Assembly: GCA_000708835.1 (NCBI GenBank)
Contig: DF236996.1
Location: 188,160-252,159, forward strand
From: Klebsormidium nitens
Lineage: Eukaryota; Plantae; Klebsormidiophyceae
Direction of reading: 5' to 3'
DNA: 64,000 nt
In this document: piece after piece, positions 45,049-59,400 of the stretch
Numbering within the stretch: position 1 is the stretch's first letter
Layout: each line of letters begins with the position of its first letter
The notes under the pieces: model-generated
Seen by the model: the letters and a program-made list of their open reading frames with translations, nothing else
Database searches by the model: none
What the model was told of the DNA's origin: nothing
Position numbers and translations under genes: made by a program

Positions 45049-45534
45049 TGCTATCATGACGTGGCGGGCCCCAACACGACGGCCGGTGGGTGGAACGGTC
45101 TGCACGGTTGGTCTGAGTGATTGACCAATGATACTTCAAGTGTCTCCACCGGACGTTTGCAAGCATGGACCAGACCTATTGATAAAGTCAGAATTGGAAT
45201 TTTTCACTTAAAGTCGAACACGACATGCATGGTCACATATTTTCGGGCGTTTTGATCGAGGCCGGGCTCGTACCGGGTACTGCCCCATGAGCTCACATCG
45301 TGGTCACTGGATCAATTGCTCAACACCACATATATAACGGGCGGGCCCGGGCTCAATGGTCGACGAGTCAGTACTACGCGTTGTCAAGCAATCATGCGTG
45401 TCGGCTTGGTTGTCGGATTATTGTCGTTGCGTGTTCATGCAGAAGCAAGGCTGACGGTATGTTCGTACCCGCCATCCATCCACGGCCTAGGCGCGCGGCG
45501 TGCGGCGGAGGCCCTATAGCCACGTCATGATGCA
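45049..45534. mobile_element. Putative MITE (~486 bp) with ~16-bp TIRs flanked by TA (Tc1/mariner-type?)
   Basis: Left end TA|tgctatcatgacgtggc and right end gccacgtcatgatgca|TA, with a perfect 13-bp core atcatgacgtggc and one indel outside it. No coding capacity was recognised. Confidence 0.5.
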
Positions 45535-46436
45535 TAGTGCATGGGGAGGTGCCAGAGCTGCTTGGACCAAATTTCGCCTTCCGGTTCAACAAGGAATCGG
45601 CAAACAACATCAGTGAGCGAAGCGTCTCAATTCTTCTATCTGAATTCTTCTATCTGAATGTTCATCGAAGCTCAGAAGAATCTGAACATGAAGGAGCTGA
45701 TAAACGGCTTTTCAACGCCGTTCCGCAACTTGCATGAGGGCTCCGGATTCCTCAATTCCACCGGGGCTAAACAATTTGCACTAGCACCGTCAATGCTTCC
45801 AGTTGAGGATCAGACTTCAATTCAGCCAAAAATGACATCTTTCTGGTCACTGTACTCGCTCACCGACTATACAATTCGCCTTTCATATCCCTGCAGACAA
45901 AAGAAGCACCTTGAGTTTCAGGAGGTGCAGCTAGCGTGATTTGTGCCGTTTTAGCGGGACTGACGACAGTGCGGAGGGCCGAGCCGTTGGTCCGAGCGCT
46001 TTCAGCCTCTGTGCGAATGAGCGTGGCTGCAAGCCCCACTGACTTGACTTAACACTGGGGCTCACGATTATGCCAGTGATCCTGGAGATGCTGCCTCAAA
46101 ACAGAACTCCAATCCACCAAGCTTCGCCAGTAGATTCAGGAGCGAGAAACGTCGAGGAACTCAAACCAGCGAACTTCTTGGGACCCGCTTTTCAAAGCCG
46201 ACGTCTTTTTACCTCGACTAAAAAGCGTGTCTCAAATCATCTTTGTAAGGCCTGATCTGCCTCGTGGTGACTCCAACCTTGCAGTCGGCACCTCCTGGCC
46301 CACTTTCCCAAAGGCCAGACCTCTGCACTTTATGACACATTCTTAGAAGCTCGTTGCCTTCTTGTTAAAGTTTCTGACAATCCTGAGGGATCCATCGACG
46401 GGGAGAAATGAACCCCTCACCACTGCGCTAAGCTCC

Positions 46437-49412
46437 TTAAACTCGAGGCTGCGGGGCCTCAACCGGCGTCGTGAGAGACCGTTGCAGGGCTGCCACGTTG
46501 GACAGCTGTTCCACGGAGAGCTCATCCCAGCGCAACCCGTTTTGCAGGTCGTCTTTCATAATCTGCAGAGCGAGAGAAACGCGAGAAGATGGTTGCGGCA
46601 TCTGTCTCTCCAGTGCTCCGATCAGACTGAAATCAGGATGCACAGACGCGCAGGCCAAACTGCACAGGTTCGATGAGTGGTGGGAGGTCGAGTTTGAAAG
46701 TTTAGACAGCAGCGAAGCTTGTAGAATGATCTCGTCGCCTTTCGGAGGGAAGGCACTTCAAGAAGCTCGATGTCAAAAGTCAACAACTTCAAGGAAGTAC
46801 AGGGGAATTTGAAATATGCTCGAATGCCGATTCGACTGTGGCTTGCTCGGCTGAGCAGCTTTTGAAGCATCAGGCGATATCAGGTTTGCAAGCTTCCACG
46901 AACGTCCAGGGTACAGGCTATTTGAGCAGCAGTCAGGACGTTGTGTCAATGATGTCCTGCTTGTTCTCACGGGATGCTTGCAACCGAGGCTGGATCCGAA
47001 CACAAATCAGTCTCCGTATCGAGGTCTCATGACATCTTACTTCGATGCATACTTTCAGTTGTGAAGGTTCGATAGGTGCACTTTTCCTGTCTACGTAGAG
47101 GCTGCCCAGACTAGTATCGCAAGAACGCATGAAGCGTTGCAAAACCACGCAAACTCGCCCTCATACCTTTGCTAATCACCGCTTCCATTGACATACGAGG
47201 AACTGATATTCCTGCCTGGCGGAAGCAGCCTCCGAAGCTTATAAGTTGTCAAACCTGAAGCTTCAATACCACGCTTCTCAAGGCATCCGCACAATATGGA
47301 ATTCACGAGCTCACCTTTACAACCTGCTTTTTGATAGCGCTCGCATCAACGCCGTGCTCCTTAAGCAGCCACGCGAGCCATGAGTCCATGTTGGCTGACG
47401 TCACCAGAACCATCTGGATGACGTCAGCACAGAGGGCGGGCACCCCACAGGCGTCGGCCAGAGACAATATGTCCTGCAGATGGTAAGAGAATCATCGGCT
47501 TCCACGACAAACCGGCAGCGAATCTCAGACCTTGATTGAGATACTGAGGGCTGACAACGACCGATAATTGCTTTGCAGACCGAAAAGTTGAGTCTCTTCA
47601 GACCTTTGATGATCTTATGAGGCAGATAAAAAGTAATGCCTGCCTTCATGTCAAGGAACCAACAAGCGCTGGTTTTAAACAGCAGCAGCGGATATCTGCT
47701 CCCTTTCCAGCTCCAGTCAACAGTAACAATCCGCAATTTTGGGAGCAAGGAACACAAGTCAGTTGACACAGGCTTCGATGATCACAAAGCAATGCCCGTC
47801 CTGTTCCTCGCCCTTGTCACGCCCCTTGGCCTTCTGAATTCATGATTGGTTGGACCAAGATAGAACATGTAAACCATTTCGGTTCAAGCCAGATGAAAGT
47901 ATATCCAACTCTATCTCAAACGTCGAGTCCGCACCTGGAGTAGCCGCCCCGACGTTGGCTCGATCCTAAAGACAGAACGGGTGTCCCCGTAAACATAGTC
48001 CAGAAAGGCAACAATAGCTCCTTTCGTGACAGTAGCTGGAAGCTCAAGTCGCAGCTTGTTGTGCAGATTCCAGGCTGTGTTTCCTGACCACTCTCCTCGG
48101 AGCTTCGCCTCAAAGTACGGAATCTCGACCAAGACCGCCGAGTGGGCCGGTACTTCTACGCCCTCCTGCGAATCGAGGGGACGCAAGATAACCCAAACGT
48201 CAGTTCTGATAACCAATAACTTAGATGTAACCACTTCTCTTCAACCCCTAGATTGGACCCCTAGAGGACTAGACCCCAACTTGTTGATAATTTGAACGAT
48301 TCTGGAGAGACAATTCTTCCCTAATGTCGTTCAACTGATGTGGAGTCAGCTGCATAAGGAACCTTGGATGATTCAGAGGGGGCTCTTCCTGCGAGATAAG
48401 AGAGCACAACCTACTTGTTCCCGAAAAGGTCAGAGCTTGATGCACTCCCATCCTGAATTACTTAAGCAGCGATAACCGCAGCTCCGTCTGGCAATGATGT
48501 CATCTATTGCTGAAACAAGCCCCCCGACCTCAAGCTCTCCGAATATTGTGACAACATGACATCCCGATTGGCACAGCTCTGCATTAGAAGAAGCTGGCAT
48601 CCTGCTTCCACCCATGGTTCCCAACAGATGTTTGTACTCCAGATTGAGCAGAAAAGCAGCTTTCTGACGTCCTTGCAGAATGCTGAGCTCACCTCGCCCA
48701 GCAAAATCAGGTCCCCCGTCCTTTCCGCCTTCTCCAATAGTGCCGTCTTAGGCTGAAGCGCCCGCTCATTGCTGAAATAGTTCCAGTTCTTCCGCGAGAA
48801 TCTTCGCTTGACTGCCAACTTTATCTCAAGCATAACGAAGTCATTCTGGACGCCAAAGATCTGGAACAGGGGCCCTAATCGAGCGGAGGCGTCACGAGAA
48901 TTCTTTAGGGACCTTTGGGCCTTGAAAGACCCATCCGCTCTCAGCTCGGCCTCCCAGGCAGACACCAAATAGACGCCAGGTCTCCCAAAGTTGGGGCCTT
49001 CATCAGGAGCAGGAATGGGTTGCAGTCCTTCCTTGAGCGCGCAGACATCCCAGATGTGCCGACCATTGTGTGCATCCGGTTCACTTTGCTGGTGAACACT
49101 CAACCTCGCACAGCCCGCTTGATACCCAGGCTTTGCCCCTGACAGGGGCACAGCTAGCGTGTACAGGGTCGTAGCTCCTGCATCTTCTATGACGAAGATC
49201 CTGTAGGAGAAGTGATACTCCTGAATAACATCAGGGCATTGGTTTCCCTGGGGGACTTTGGGGGCTGCTGACGAAGAGCCTGGGATGCTCTTTGCATTTG
49301 GTTGTGAAGGGACCAGATTTGGCTGGTTTTTAGATACATCTGCCCGTCGAGGAGCGGGGTCCAGTATCACGACCTCGGTAGCGTAGGGCATTAGGAAAGT
49401 CGTGCTATCCAT
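46437..49412 (-). CDS. Third BTB/POZ-domain protein with an uncharacterised N-terminal region; 3' exons uncertain
   Basis: Exons 49412-48693, 48388-~48282, ~48219-47935 (EVPAHSAVLVEIPYFEAKLRGEWS...LELPATVTKGAIVAFLDYVYG, BTB core) and 47473-47315 (DILSLADACGVPALC), then possibly 47215-47167 and a terminal exon ending at 46437. Junctions of exons 2/3 and of the last exons were not firmly resolved. Confidence 0.62.
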
Positions 49413-50493
49413 AACGACCCTGGAGTAAGCTGGATTCGTTTTGCAGGTTCAGTTTGCTTCTGCTTAGGCCCCAATAAAGGCAGTATTGGTTTCTGCTATC
49501 CCATTTCACACTGGGCACGTGTTTGTGAAGGCAGCTCAGACTAGCGTGACACCTCAAGCTGACATGGATCTGATCCCGCAGCTAGAAGCTAATCTCCTGT
49601 CTTTTTTTTGACTGCTCAAGCTGCCCCGAAATGCCTGTCAGCATATGCGATCTTCAGCACATTTCCACCCAGAGTCAAGCTCTTCTAAAGGTGCGCTTCG
49701 CACCCCGCACTCCCCATTCTGCACATGACATTGCCCCGTCGTCCAGGTGTAAGCTCTTCAAATGATGTTCTTCGCAAGCCAGCTCTTCTCAGCTTTCCCC
49801 TTTGTCTGCTCCAGCTTTTGTAGCACTCAAATGATATTAGACAAGAGCAATGCTCACCAACTGACAGTGACTTTGAGAGCATGTGGCCGTGAATGAGCTA
49901 GCTGAGAGCTCTGTTCCGGTCTGGTTGGACTCTTGCCGCTTATAACGGAATTGGAATGCAGGTTTCATAGGCGGTCAGTGCCAGTTAACACTAACCCAAG
50001 GTGGCACACAATTAGGGTTCCGCATCGGCCTCACCAGCGCCAAAATCGCGCGCAGCTTGTAGCTCATGCAGCATTGGTCCTCGTTTCAGAGCAGGTTGAG
50101 GACGCCTTTGGAAGCTGAACAGTGACCTAATATGTATTGGAACCATCAAATTTGAATGAACGTTCTGCTGATCAAGGTAGAAATGCTCATGCAGGCGCAG
50201 GCCGACCCTGCAACCAGCTGTATCGGAGATGGATCAAAAAGTGCGTTTCAAAATCCCCAATCGTTGATCTGAATCATGCTATGGAGGTTCCTGAGCTAGT
50301 AACTTTCCTGAACACGTACAAGCACCTGCAGTCTGAAGGAATAAAAATTGCAGCCAGCGCCCCACTTTCTACATTGTGGAAAGGATCCCTGCTGAGAGGG
50401 GCCAGTCTGACAACGAAAATGTTGCAATCTTACCTGCTCACCCTCATGAGCTGCAACTTTTGAGCAGAAAGGGGCCTCAAGGCACCTAGCACA

Positions 50494-53400
50494 ATGGCCA
50501 TGCAGAATGTAGACTATATTGCTCTTCTTGCGGACATGCCAGGCTTCTTTGTCAAGACACGGCAGGGAGGTCCCGGAGTAGAGATCTCACAAGAAGAAGA
50601 CATTCCACAAGGATTTGGGGATAGGATACCGGTGGTTGCAGCTGGCTTGGATGTGGAGCATGGAGGTCCCTTTACCAAGGTAGGCAATTGTGTTAGCCAC
50701 TGGGGCTTTACTGCTGCCAGCTTCAGAGTCGAATCTGCCATGACGTATATCTTTGAAGCAGCATGATCTGCAGTGCAGTGTGGTGGTGAGCTCGTATTGC
50801 CCTCTTAGCAGGGAGACCCTGCAAACCTAGAAATCTGAAACGCAATTCGAGCAGGCTCTGAAGGACGGCGTGCCAGGTCAATCCGGCTTAAGAGACAGCA
50901 TTTGACACCTCGCAGGCTTGACCACAGAAGTTGCTTGATGTGAGGCCATGCCAACAGCAAGTATCAAAACGACACAGCGGCATGGTTGTTGGGGTTCAAT
51001 TTCGCATTTTTGTACTTTAGCAGGAGCGCAAGGGGGGCCATCCGGCTTCGCTTCTCAGTCGGTTGACGTCTAGAATCCTGCACAAGCAAGTCTCAAGGGG
51101 ACAAACGCAGATGGCACAGGCAAGCCCCGCTGTGCCTCTCTCCATAGACTCAGGCCTTTCCTCACAGTAGACCCAGATTTGACATACAGAGGTAGATAAG
51201 GTGAAGTTGAATGTATGAGCAAGTGCAGGACCTGACTATTGTGATATATCAGAGATGCATGCTTGTGATGTCAGCGTTACTAGCCCTGTAGAGCCCCTGG
51301 ACGGCATTCTCATAAGTGCCGACGAGCAGGGGAGATATCCAGGATGCTTTGTTACTCCGATTTCACTCAAGCTTGAATATTAACTGTACAACAGTAGTGG
51401 ACAGACAAAGCAAGTTATGTTTGAGCATAGCGACGATTTTGTTGTTGGTCCACAGATCATTGTGAAGCCGGTGGTGAATGTGACTGATCAGAAGTTCTAC
51501 CTGTGCCTTTGATGCAGATGGTGGGCTCAGAGAGTCCCCCAACACAACGCACACTGGAAGCTTCTGCAAGAGATGCCTTCGACGTTGGACAGGAGCCTCA
51601 AGCTGAGGACATGTTGCATCATGATACTTCCGAAACCAAGGCATTTGATCAAATGACAACGAAGAAGAAAGTGAGGCCTGCTTCCTATGCGGATCATTAT
51701 TACGCGACTTTCTGCATGATGATCAGAGCCAGCTTTGCGATGAAAACCAATAATAATGTGCCTTCTTCAATCCAGTCCGAATCAACACTTCTCCAGATTT
51801 CCTCTACGCTGTTTAGCAGCTTGCTACTTGTCATCTCCTCCTTTCGACCAGAGTCGTTCCGGTGCTTGTCGAGTCTTGATCGTGGAAGGAAACCCTTCGG
51901 TGATAATGAACAACGTAACTTGTTTAAGGAGTGCCAGTCAACCCCTAACCTCAACCTTCTTTGTCTGCTTTCTTAACCTTTCAGGAAACTTTTTGCAGCT
52001 GCAGATTTTCCCACTCCAGCTTTGGCCTTCCAACCACCCTTCATTCAAACTCCCCCCCGACTCTCAGTCCCCTCGGTCGCCTCTGATGTGCGCCACCCCC
52101 CACGAGCAAGCCCTGTGGCGCCCCCCCGAAACGAAATCCCTCCCTGAAGAAGGCCACATCCTGGCCCTGACGATCCACCAAGCGCAGCCCCTCGTCCCTG
52201 AGCTCAGGCTGACGTCACCAGTAGTGCGCATGCACTGTGTTGACCGGACGACCGGGCATTATTTGAAGAAGACGGACGCTGCGAGGCCGGCAGTCTTGCA
52301 CAACGAGGCGTGCGATTACATCATGCCGCTGCAGACGAAGGTGAGGCGGATGTCGGAGCAGAACATGGATGAGGTGTTGCGGTGTAAAGCGAACAAGTAG
52401 AAGTCGGGAAGAGTTGATAAAAGCTCAAGTATCTGCGGCACACAAGCAATTTTACGCGTTCGTTGGCCAACGGCAGCAGATTCGTGAACTGAAGCGTCAA
52501 GGCTTCGCAAGGGTTCATCAGTGGACTAGCCTTCGACAATATCGCAGAAGGCTTGCGTTTGCTGTACATGGGGCATAATAATTTTCAAGAACCAACCAAA
52601 CAATATCAATAGCTTTGCCCTCAAAAGTCAGCTGAATTCGTTTTTTTTGTTGCCGCCGTTGGATTTGACGCAAGCAGCCGCGTCGACGTGTCAAGCGCAG
52701 CTGGGAGCAATGCCTCCTTACTCACTAAGGCCGTCCGTTCTGTCCACTCGTCCCTCAACGATCTCATAAAGAGACTCCGAGTCGACCAAGTCCATAATAT
52801 CACCTTCAAGCCAGTTCAAGTCGGTTCCTTTTTTGCAGCCGTTCGATCTGAAGCAGGGCGGCCGCGCTGGCATCTTAAGCGTGGTTGAGAGGACTGCCTC
52901 TTGTTCAAATGAGGAGGCCGTCCGTTCTGTGGACTCGACCCTTAACAAGCTCGTAAAAGGTTTACAACAAAGTCCATCAAATTCACATTCCGAGCCAGTT
53001 GAAACCGCTCCCTTTCTTGCAGCCGTTCGATCTGAAGCAGGCGGCCGCGCCCGCCGAATAAACGAGGCGTAGGAGAAGTACTTCCTTTTTGGACGACGAG
53101 GCCGTCCGTTCCGTACGCTTGGATCTTTTGAGAGTCTTGGTAACAGACTCTACGTTATCGCTGCTATGAATTGTTGCGCAGAAAACTTCGACAGCCGAAT
53201 ACCTCAAGCGCAACGCAACTTAGAATTGACTGAACTTGTTTCCCTTCTTGCAGCCGTTCGACCTCAAGCAGGGCGGCCGCGGGGGAATCCTGTCCGCAAC
53301 TTGGGAGGAGTGCCTCCTTTTGGACGAGGAAGCCGTCCGGTTCTTCGCGCCTGATGCTTTGCTCCTGCTAGAGATTCTGCAGCTGCCGGCGTCTCTAAGC

Positions 53401-56400
53401 AAGCAGAAGCGTGGCCGGCTGACGGGGGGAGTGCCCGCATGGTAAGCCCCGCTGCGCTTAAGGACGGTAACCGGTGAAGATAGGTTTGTTGCTCTTTTGG
53501 TGGCCATACCGTGTCTCCTTTAGAGGTCTCGTTGACCATTCTCCCGCCTCCTCTTTTGTTTGAAAGCATCCCCAGTCCTCCGAACCTGCCTCTTGTAATC
53601 TAGTGAAGTTTCTCAAAAGGATCGACATTGTTTAGTATTGTTGCTGACGGCCATACCGTGTCTTTTCAGAGGTCTCGTAGATAATCCTTCCCGCTTCTTC
53701 TTTTGCAATGTGATCTCCCCAGTCCTCCGAAACCTGCCTCTTGTCGAACTTGAGTAAAACTTCCAGAAAGGACGTGATTTGACACCTAACATCGTTTGCC
53801 CTGTCCAGCGAGGCTTGCAAACGCTGTCGGCATCCAATCGAGAGTCCGACACAATAACTCTTTGTATTGCTCCGATGCATGCCGCTTTTGGCCGGAAAGG
53901 TCATACGTAGAAGAAATATGCTCGTCGAACCTCATTTAGAGCGAGAAGCGTGCTCAGAATCTGTGCTCGTATGATCAAATACCGGATCTAGCACTATCTG
54001 TGCTCGTCAAAACGCAGGCCCTTTCCTGTCCCAGGAAGCTGCTCGACGGCCACTACCGCGTCGCGTGGGCGTACCTCGCCCCGCAGTCCCCTCTCGGCCA
54101 GCCCCACCTTGGGCGGGTCTCTCTCCAGCTTTACCACTACGCTCCGCCACCCCGTTTTCGCAGCCGCGAGGCGCCGGAGGTATTCGCCACGTGGCAGTCG
54201 CTCTGCGACCCGCGCTCGAGCGCGCGCGCGCGCAGGAAGAGGGCGCGCCGGCTGCTGTACCCGGGGGCGATCGCGGTGACGACGGCGGCAGTGCCGCGGC
54301 CGCGCGCGGACACTGTGGTTGCAGCGCCGCAGGTAAGGCAGGATCCAATTTGATTAAGAAACTTTTAGAGACTTTGAAATACCTTAAAAGACTTAAACTC
54401 GTTTATTGAGAGGCGGTCTGCATATACGGCGAAGTTTATGGACAAAACGCATGTAATGTGGTCATTTTAGATTCGAACAATCTCGCCTAAAGGTTTCGCT
54501 TATGCAAGGCTTTTGCACGGAGTCCGCAACGGCCAAGGGAAAATAGTTGCTCTGGAGGCCTACAACAGACCGAGCTTCGCAATTGGCTCGCAGCCTTGCG
54601 TCGTCTTTGCTTTTGGGCCAGCATACGGTCAGACTTACGGGGTTGAATAACTAATACAAAGCTTGTGGGCCAGCTTTAGAGGCTGGAAGGATGTAATCTC
54701 TCACGCCACAGCCGTGATGTGTCAACAGTCGACCTGTCCGGACCTCTTTCAGGTGGGCGTTCGGGGCCTTTTGGCGAGCCAGGTTGAGGCCGGTCGGCTG
54801 GGCGCGGAAGATCTTCTCCAAGAGTGGCAGGACAAGAACCAGGGCGGAGAGCAGACGCGGAACGGCGAGACGGGAGGCGCGCTGCTGACGGAGGATGACG
54901 TCAGCGCGCCTCAGCACGCGCGCGCGCACCACGAGCCGTGCATCGTGCCCACGGTGTTGCAGCACCGGCTAGCCGCCGGATCGAGGTAGGCCCGTTCGAC
55001 ATAGTTCTCGACTTCAAGTCAGACAAAGAGCATGTTGACTAGGGAGTATGCTCGGGAATACAAACAAAACTAAAAACCTACACCGAGAGTTGACATGTTC
55101 CGCACCCGTACCCACACCCTAACCCCGGAACAAACCCAAGCAGGCCCCGGGGCACTTTCGTTAGTTTCCACGGCCCTTTGTCAACTAGAAATCCATTCAG
55201 CATAATCCATTCAGCGGCGTCTTGGAGAAGCCGTATTGCTGACGCTCGAAGATAACGTGGCTTTTCTGTATGATCACGATTTTCCTCGGTTTGAATTCAC
55301 TACGCATGCACGTCGCTGCCCGGTTGAGTTGGGTCTCGGGTCAAGGTCGGTTTTTGAAGAAGAGGGTGGGGTTTGTGCCTCCGGTTTTACTTATCAGCTT
55401 CGCGGCGAGATCAGGATTCAATTAGCTCCTTGTTCGGAATATACATGCATTGAAGTATGTCTGCAGCTCACCTGTTCATCCGTCCTTCACTACGAAAGAG
55501 AGGGTCACGGTCCCTTTATTTCCGTTTTTGTATCAATTTTTTCAAATCATTCTTTTGAGCATTTCTCGTTTCTAACGCAGGGGCTGCGTCCGCATCCGCT
55601 TCTCCCCAAGCGGACGATTCCTGGCAGTGGTTGCGTCCGAAGCGCTCCTCTACCCGCTCCTAGTCTTCTCCGCGCACTCGGGCGCACTGCTCGCCACCTT
55701 TCAAGGTGAACTTAAGCGCTTTTAAGCGAGAGTGGCGACAATTTTGTGCTTCCGTTTTCTCTTAAGCGAGTCTGGGTCCGCGGAAAACTCGCCTAGCGCA
55801 GGCCGTTGAAGTGAAACTTTTGACGTACTAACGATCTTTACCTGCTTTTTACGTCCTATGTCTTGAGGAAGGCCCGTCAAGTGTTGAACGACGTCTGAGA
55901 TTCTTCCTTCACAAATTACATCTTCCCCACAATAAAACCGTGTTCCCCGATTAACGTCGGGTTGAGTCCTTGGTAAGAAGCCATCAATGGGCCTTCGACG
56001 ATTGCTCCATTCTCTCCGCCTCTTTGGACTTTCCTGCCAGACTGTGGGCTTTTCGTTTTGTTTCCTCTTCGTGGCTGAAAAGCGGTCGCAACCCCCTGCT
56101 TCGATCCAACCTAAGCGAGTCTTCCTAACCGGCACTTTCTTTGTTGCTCTGTCCAGGTCATCAGTCTTTGGCATACGACCTTTCCTGGACCACCGACGAC
56201 TGCTCCATCCTCACCGCCTCCTCTGACTTCACCGCCAAACTGTGGGACTTTTCCCCGGGGCTTCGTACCGGGCGGCTAGGCGCCAGTTTAAAGCAACCGG
56301 GGGCGGCAACCGGGGGCCCGGCGACGGTGTTCCAGCACCCGTGCTACGTGTACGGCGCAGCTTTCCACCCGACGGCTCTGGCACCCAGGTAAGCTTCACT

Positions 56401-59400
56401 TGCACCGCATCAATTGCTGACAACCGGCGACTTGCTACCAATTGAGCACATTGTGTGAAAAGGGATCAGGGAGCTCGTTCTGCGTGTTTGACGAGGTTTA
56501 GACCCGTCTGAATGACGTGAGAAAATCATGCATTGATCCCACTGAAATTGCTTTTTGTTGTTGAACCTTAAGCATTAAGACTTCTTCTCAATCAGCCAGC
56601 ATTTTCTCCTTTCAACTACGCCGCTTCTGAATCAGTCCCACTGCAAAACCCGCCTACACAGGTGGCCTAAACGCGCTCACTCGAGTCGTAAGTAAATTTC
56701 TGCACCTCCACAGGCTGGTCGCTACAGCCGCATTCGACGGGCACGTGCGCGTCTGGGACCGGGACGGCGGAGAGATGCTGCGGCAGATACCGCTGCACAA
56801 GACGCACATAAATGCGCTCGTCTTTGACCACGTGAGCCTCATACTTAAAAGTCCCTTGAAACCCAGCTTTCACTCGTAGGACTTCATGTTCTTCGGCACC
56901 AGTACAGCAGATGCCGCTGCACAAGATGCACATCAAAGCGCTCGTCTTCGATCACATGATCTTTGCAGCTTTATTCAGAGGTTTCCTAAACTCCTGACAA
57001 CCGTCAGTCCTTTAGTATTATGAAGAAAGTGCATTGTCGTTCAATAAGCATCTTCAAACAAAAGCCGAGGAAGCCAGTCCTAGTTCTCCGAGCTGAGATT
57101 TTCATCCTCTTTTGCTGCAGGTCGGCAAGCGTTTATTCACGGGGGACGGCTCCGGTGCCATCACCGAGTGCTCCTGCGACTTCTCCCCGGAAGGGGGGGG
57201 TCTCAAACCCCTGCGCACGTCGACTGAGCTGGGGGGGGAACCGATAACGTGCCTCCGGCTGGCGCCCAGCGGGCGGCGGCTGTTTGCGCTCGCGCGCAGG
57301 AACCGGCTGGTGGGAATAGACTCAAGATTATTCACAGTGGACCGGCGGTACCGCGGTCTCCGGTGCCAGGACCACCCGGTCGCGTTTGATGTCAGCCCCG
57401 ATGGGCGGTTTCTCGTGGCGGGGTCGGAGGACGGGCGGGCGTAAGTCGCCCGTATGCGGTTTCCTATCCAAACTTGTTTTTCTTTTCATTCCTAGAGTGA
57501 TGATATGACTTCTTTGAGTTTGTTAAAGAGGGCGTCAGCGGATGCATCCGCAGAAGCATCTGGTAAGCTTGGAACGCACTGTTCTCTTTGCCACAATTTT
57601 GCTAAGAGTTGGCAGCGACAACCAAAGTGACTTTTCAAAAGTTAAGGACGCCGTGACAGCCACGTGTGTTCCCTTGAAACACAACGCCCACTTAAAGGAA
57701 TTTATAAGATGATTGGCAATCACTTCGAGCTTTTACTTGCACATAGGTTTGCAAGTTGGGGGAGCAGTTGATGTGGCCATCATGGCCATTCGATTTGCCG
57801 CTCTCGATGAGTTCGTCGGGCTTACAGACACTTTCCAACCCGGCAATTTTTCTCCTCTTCAGGTCCCGCACAGTCAGGAAACCTTGCGAGTTTTCTCAGT
57901 ATAATGCCGCTGCCGAGAAGCAGGTTGCCGTTACAAATCATCGTTGGGAAACGATCGCCGTTCAGTCTTCGATTTGATAAGGGGTGACGAAAATATTCCA
58001 TATAAAAGATAATGGAAGACTAATCTGACATCGGCTTGATACTCTTCCTTCCAGGTACATGTGGCAAGTCGACTCCGGCGCGGTGTTCTCCCCCTTCCCT
58101 CCTCTCCCCCGCAGCGAGGCCGTTTACGAATGCGCCTGGAACCCGGTAGAGCACACCGTGGCAATCGCAGCCGTCGGGGTGGGATCCCCCGGGATGATCT
58201 TCTGCCCCGACCCGTCCCTTGTTCAGCAGTTTGACCCTCAGGTGAGGTGGTCCGTTGAGGATTTCGGGGCTTAGCTCCGCTGTTGGTTAGGGCACTGGTC
58301 AGCACTTTAAGACGCTTTCCTGGGTTCCTCATAATAACCGGGCGCAGTCTTCTGTTCGACCCGTCCCTTGTTCAGCAATTTGAACCTCAGGTAAGGTGAT
58401 CCGGTCTGGACCTTCAGATCAAATTTGGCGCTAACGGGCTGGGTTATGGGACGAACCAGCACTTCGGAACGCTCGTATGGAATGTGTCATGAAGAGCGCG
58501 CAGATCTTGTCCCCCGATCCGTCGCTTCATCGTCAGTTTGAGCCTCAGGTGAGGTGGTCGGTTTAGGATAACGGGAGCAAAGTTCGGCGCTCCGGGCTAT
58601 GTCGGGGTACTATACAGCAAGTTTGGGAACGCTCTGGCGGGCTGGAAGAAAACACAGTACCTTTAAAGCAAGCTTCTGCTCACCACAAACCACTTGCTGG
58701 TACTCCCAGATGTTCAGAATCTCTAGAAAGTCTGATTTGATAATTGTTCGATTCGTTCATTTGCAGCGCATCTAGACAAGGCAGAGAAGCAGGGGCCGGA
58801 GCAATACAAAAGCGTCTAACCCGTTTCACCGCAGGACCGTCGCGCATTGCCTGTCCAATCAAACAATTTCCGAGTTACCTTTGCCGCGTTCTTGACAACT
58901 CTTTATGCATCGCTGCGTCGTTTCCTTGAGGTTTCTTCCTCGTACTGGTCGCTAAGTAGACTCCTAACCCGTCCGCAGGGGACGCTTTCCGCTTCGTTCG
59001 ACCCAATCCTGACCGGAACTACGTTCGTCATGTCGCCGGAACACCCGCTGCCCGCTGAGCTGCGGCGCATGCAACGGAGCGGACCGTTGCTTCCGATGGA
59101 CAAATTCACGCCGGAAAAGGTGAGGAAGAACCGCGGTCACAGATCCTTAAATGAGCCGTTAATTGATCTCTCGGCAAGAGATAGCACCGAAAGTATGGCA
59201 GAGGCATGGTCTCTGAGTGGTTATCACCAGAGTTGAGGCTGCTACAAATCTAAACGCGGAAGCGATAGAGTCGAGAGCTCTCGCCGATATCATTGCTTTT
59301 CTGGTGGTTTCGGAAGTATATCGGATATATCCAGCTTCACTTACGTATGGCCAGAAACTGACACAATCTCCTGTAAGGACTTTTTTTCCTTCTTTCTGTT

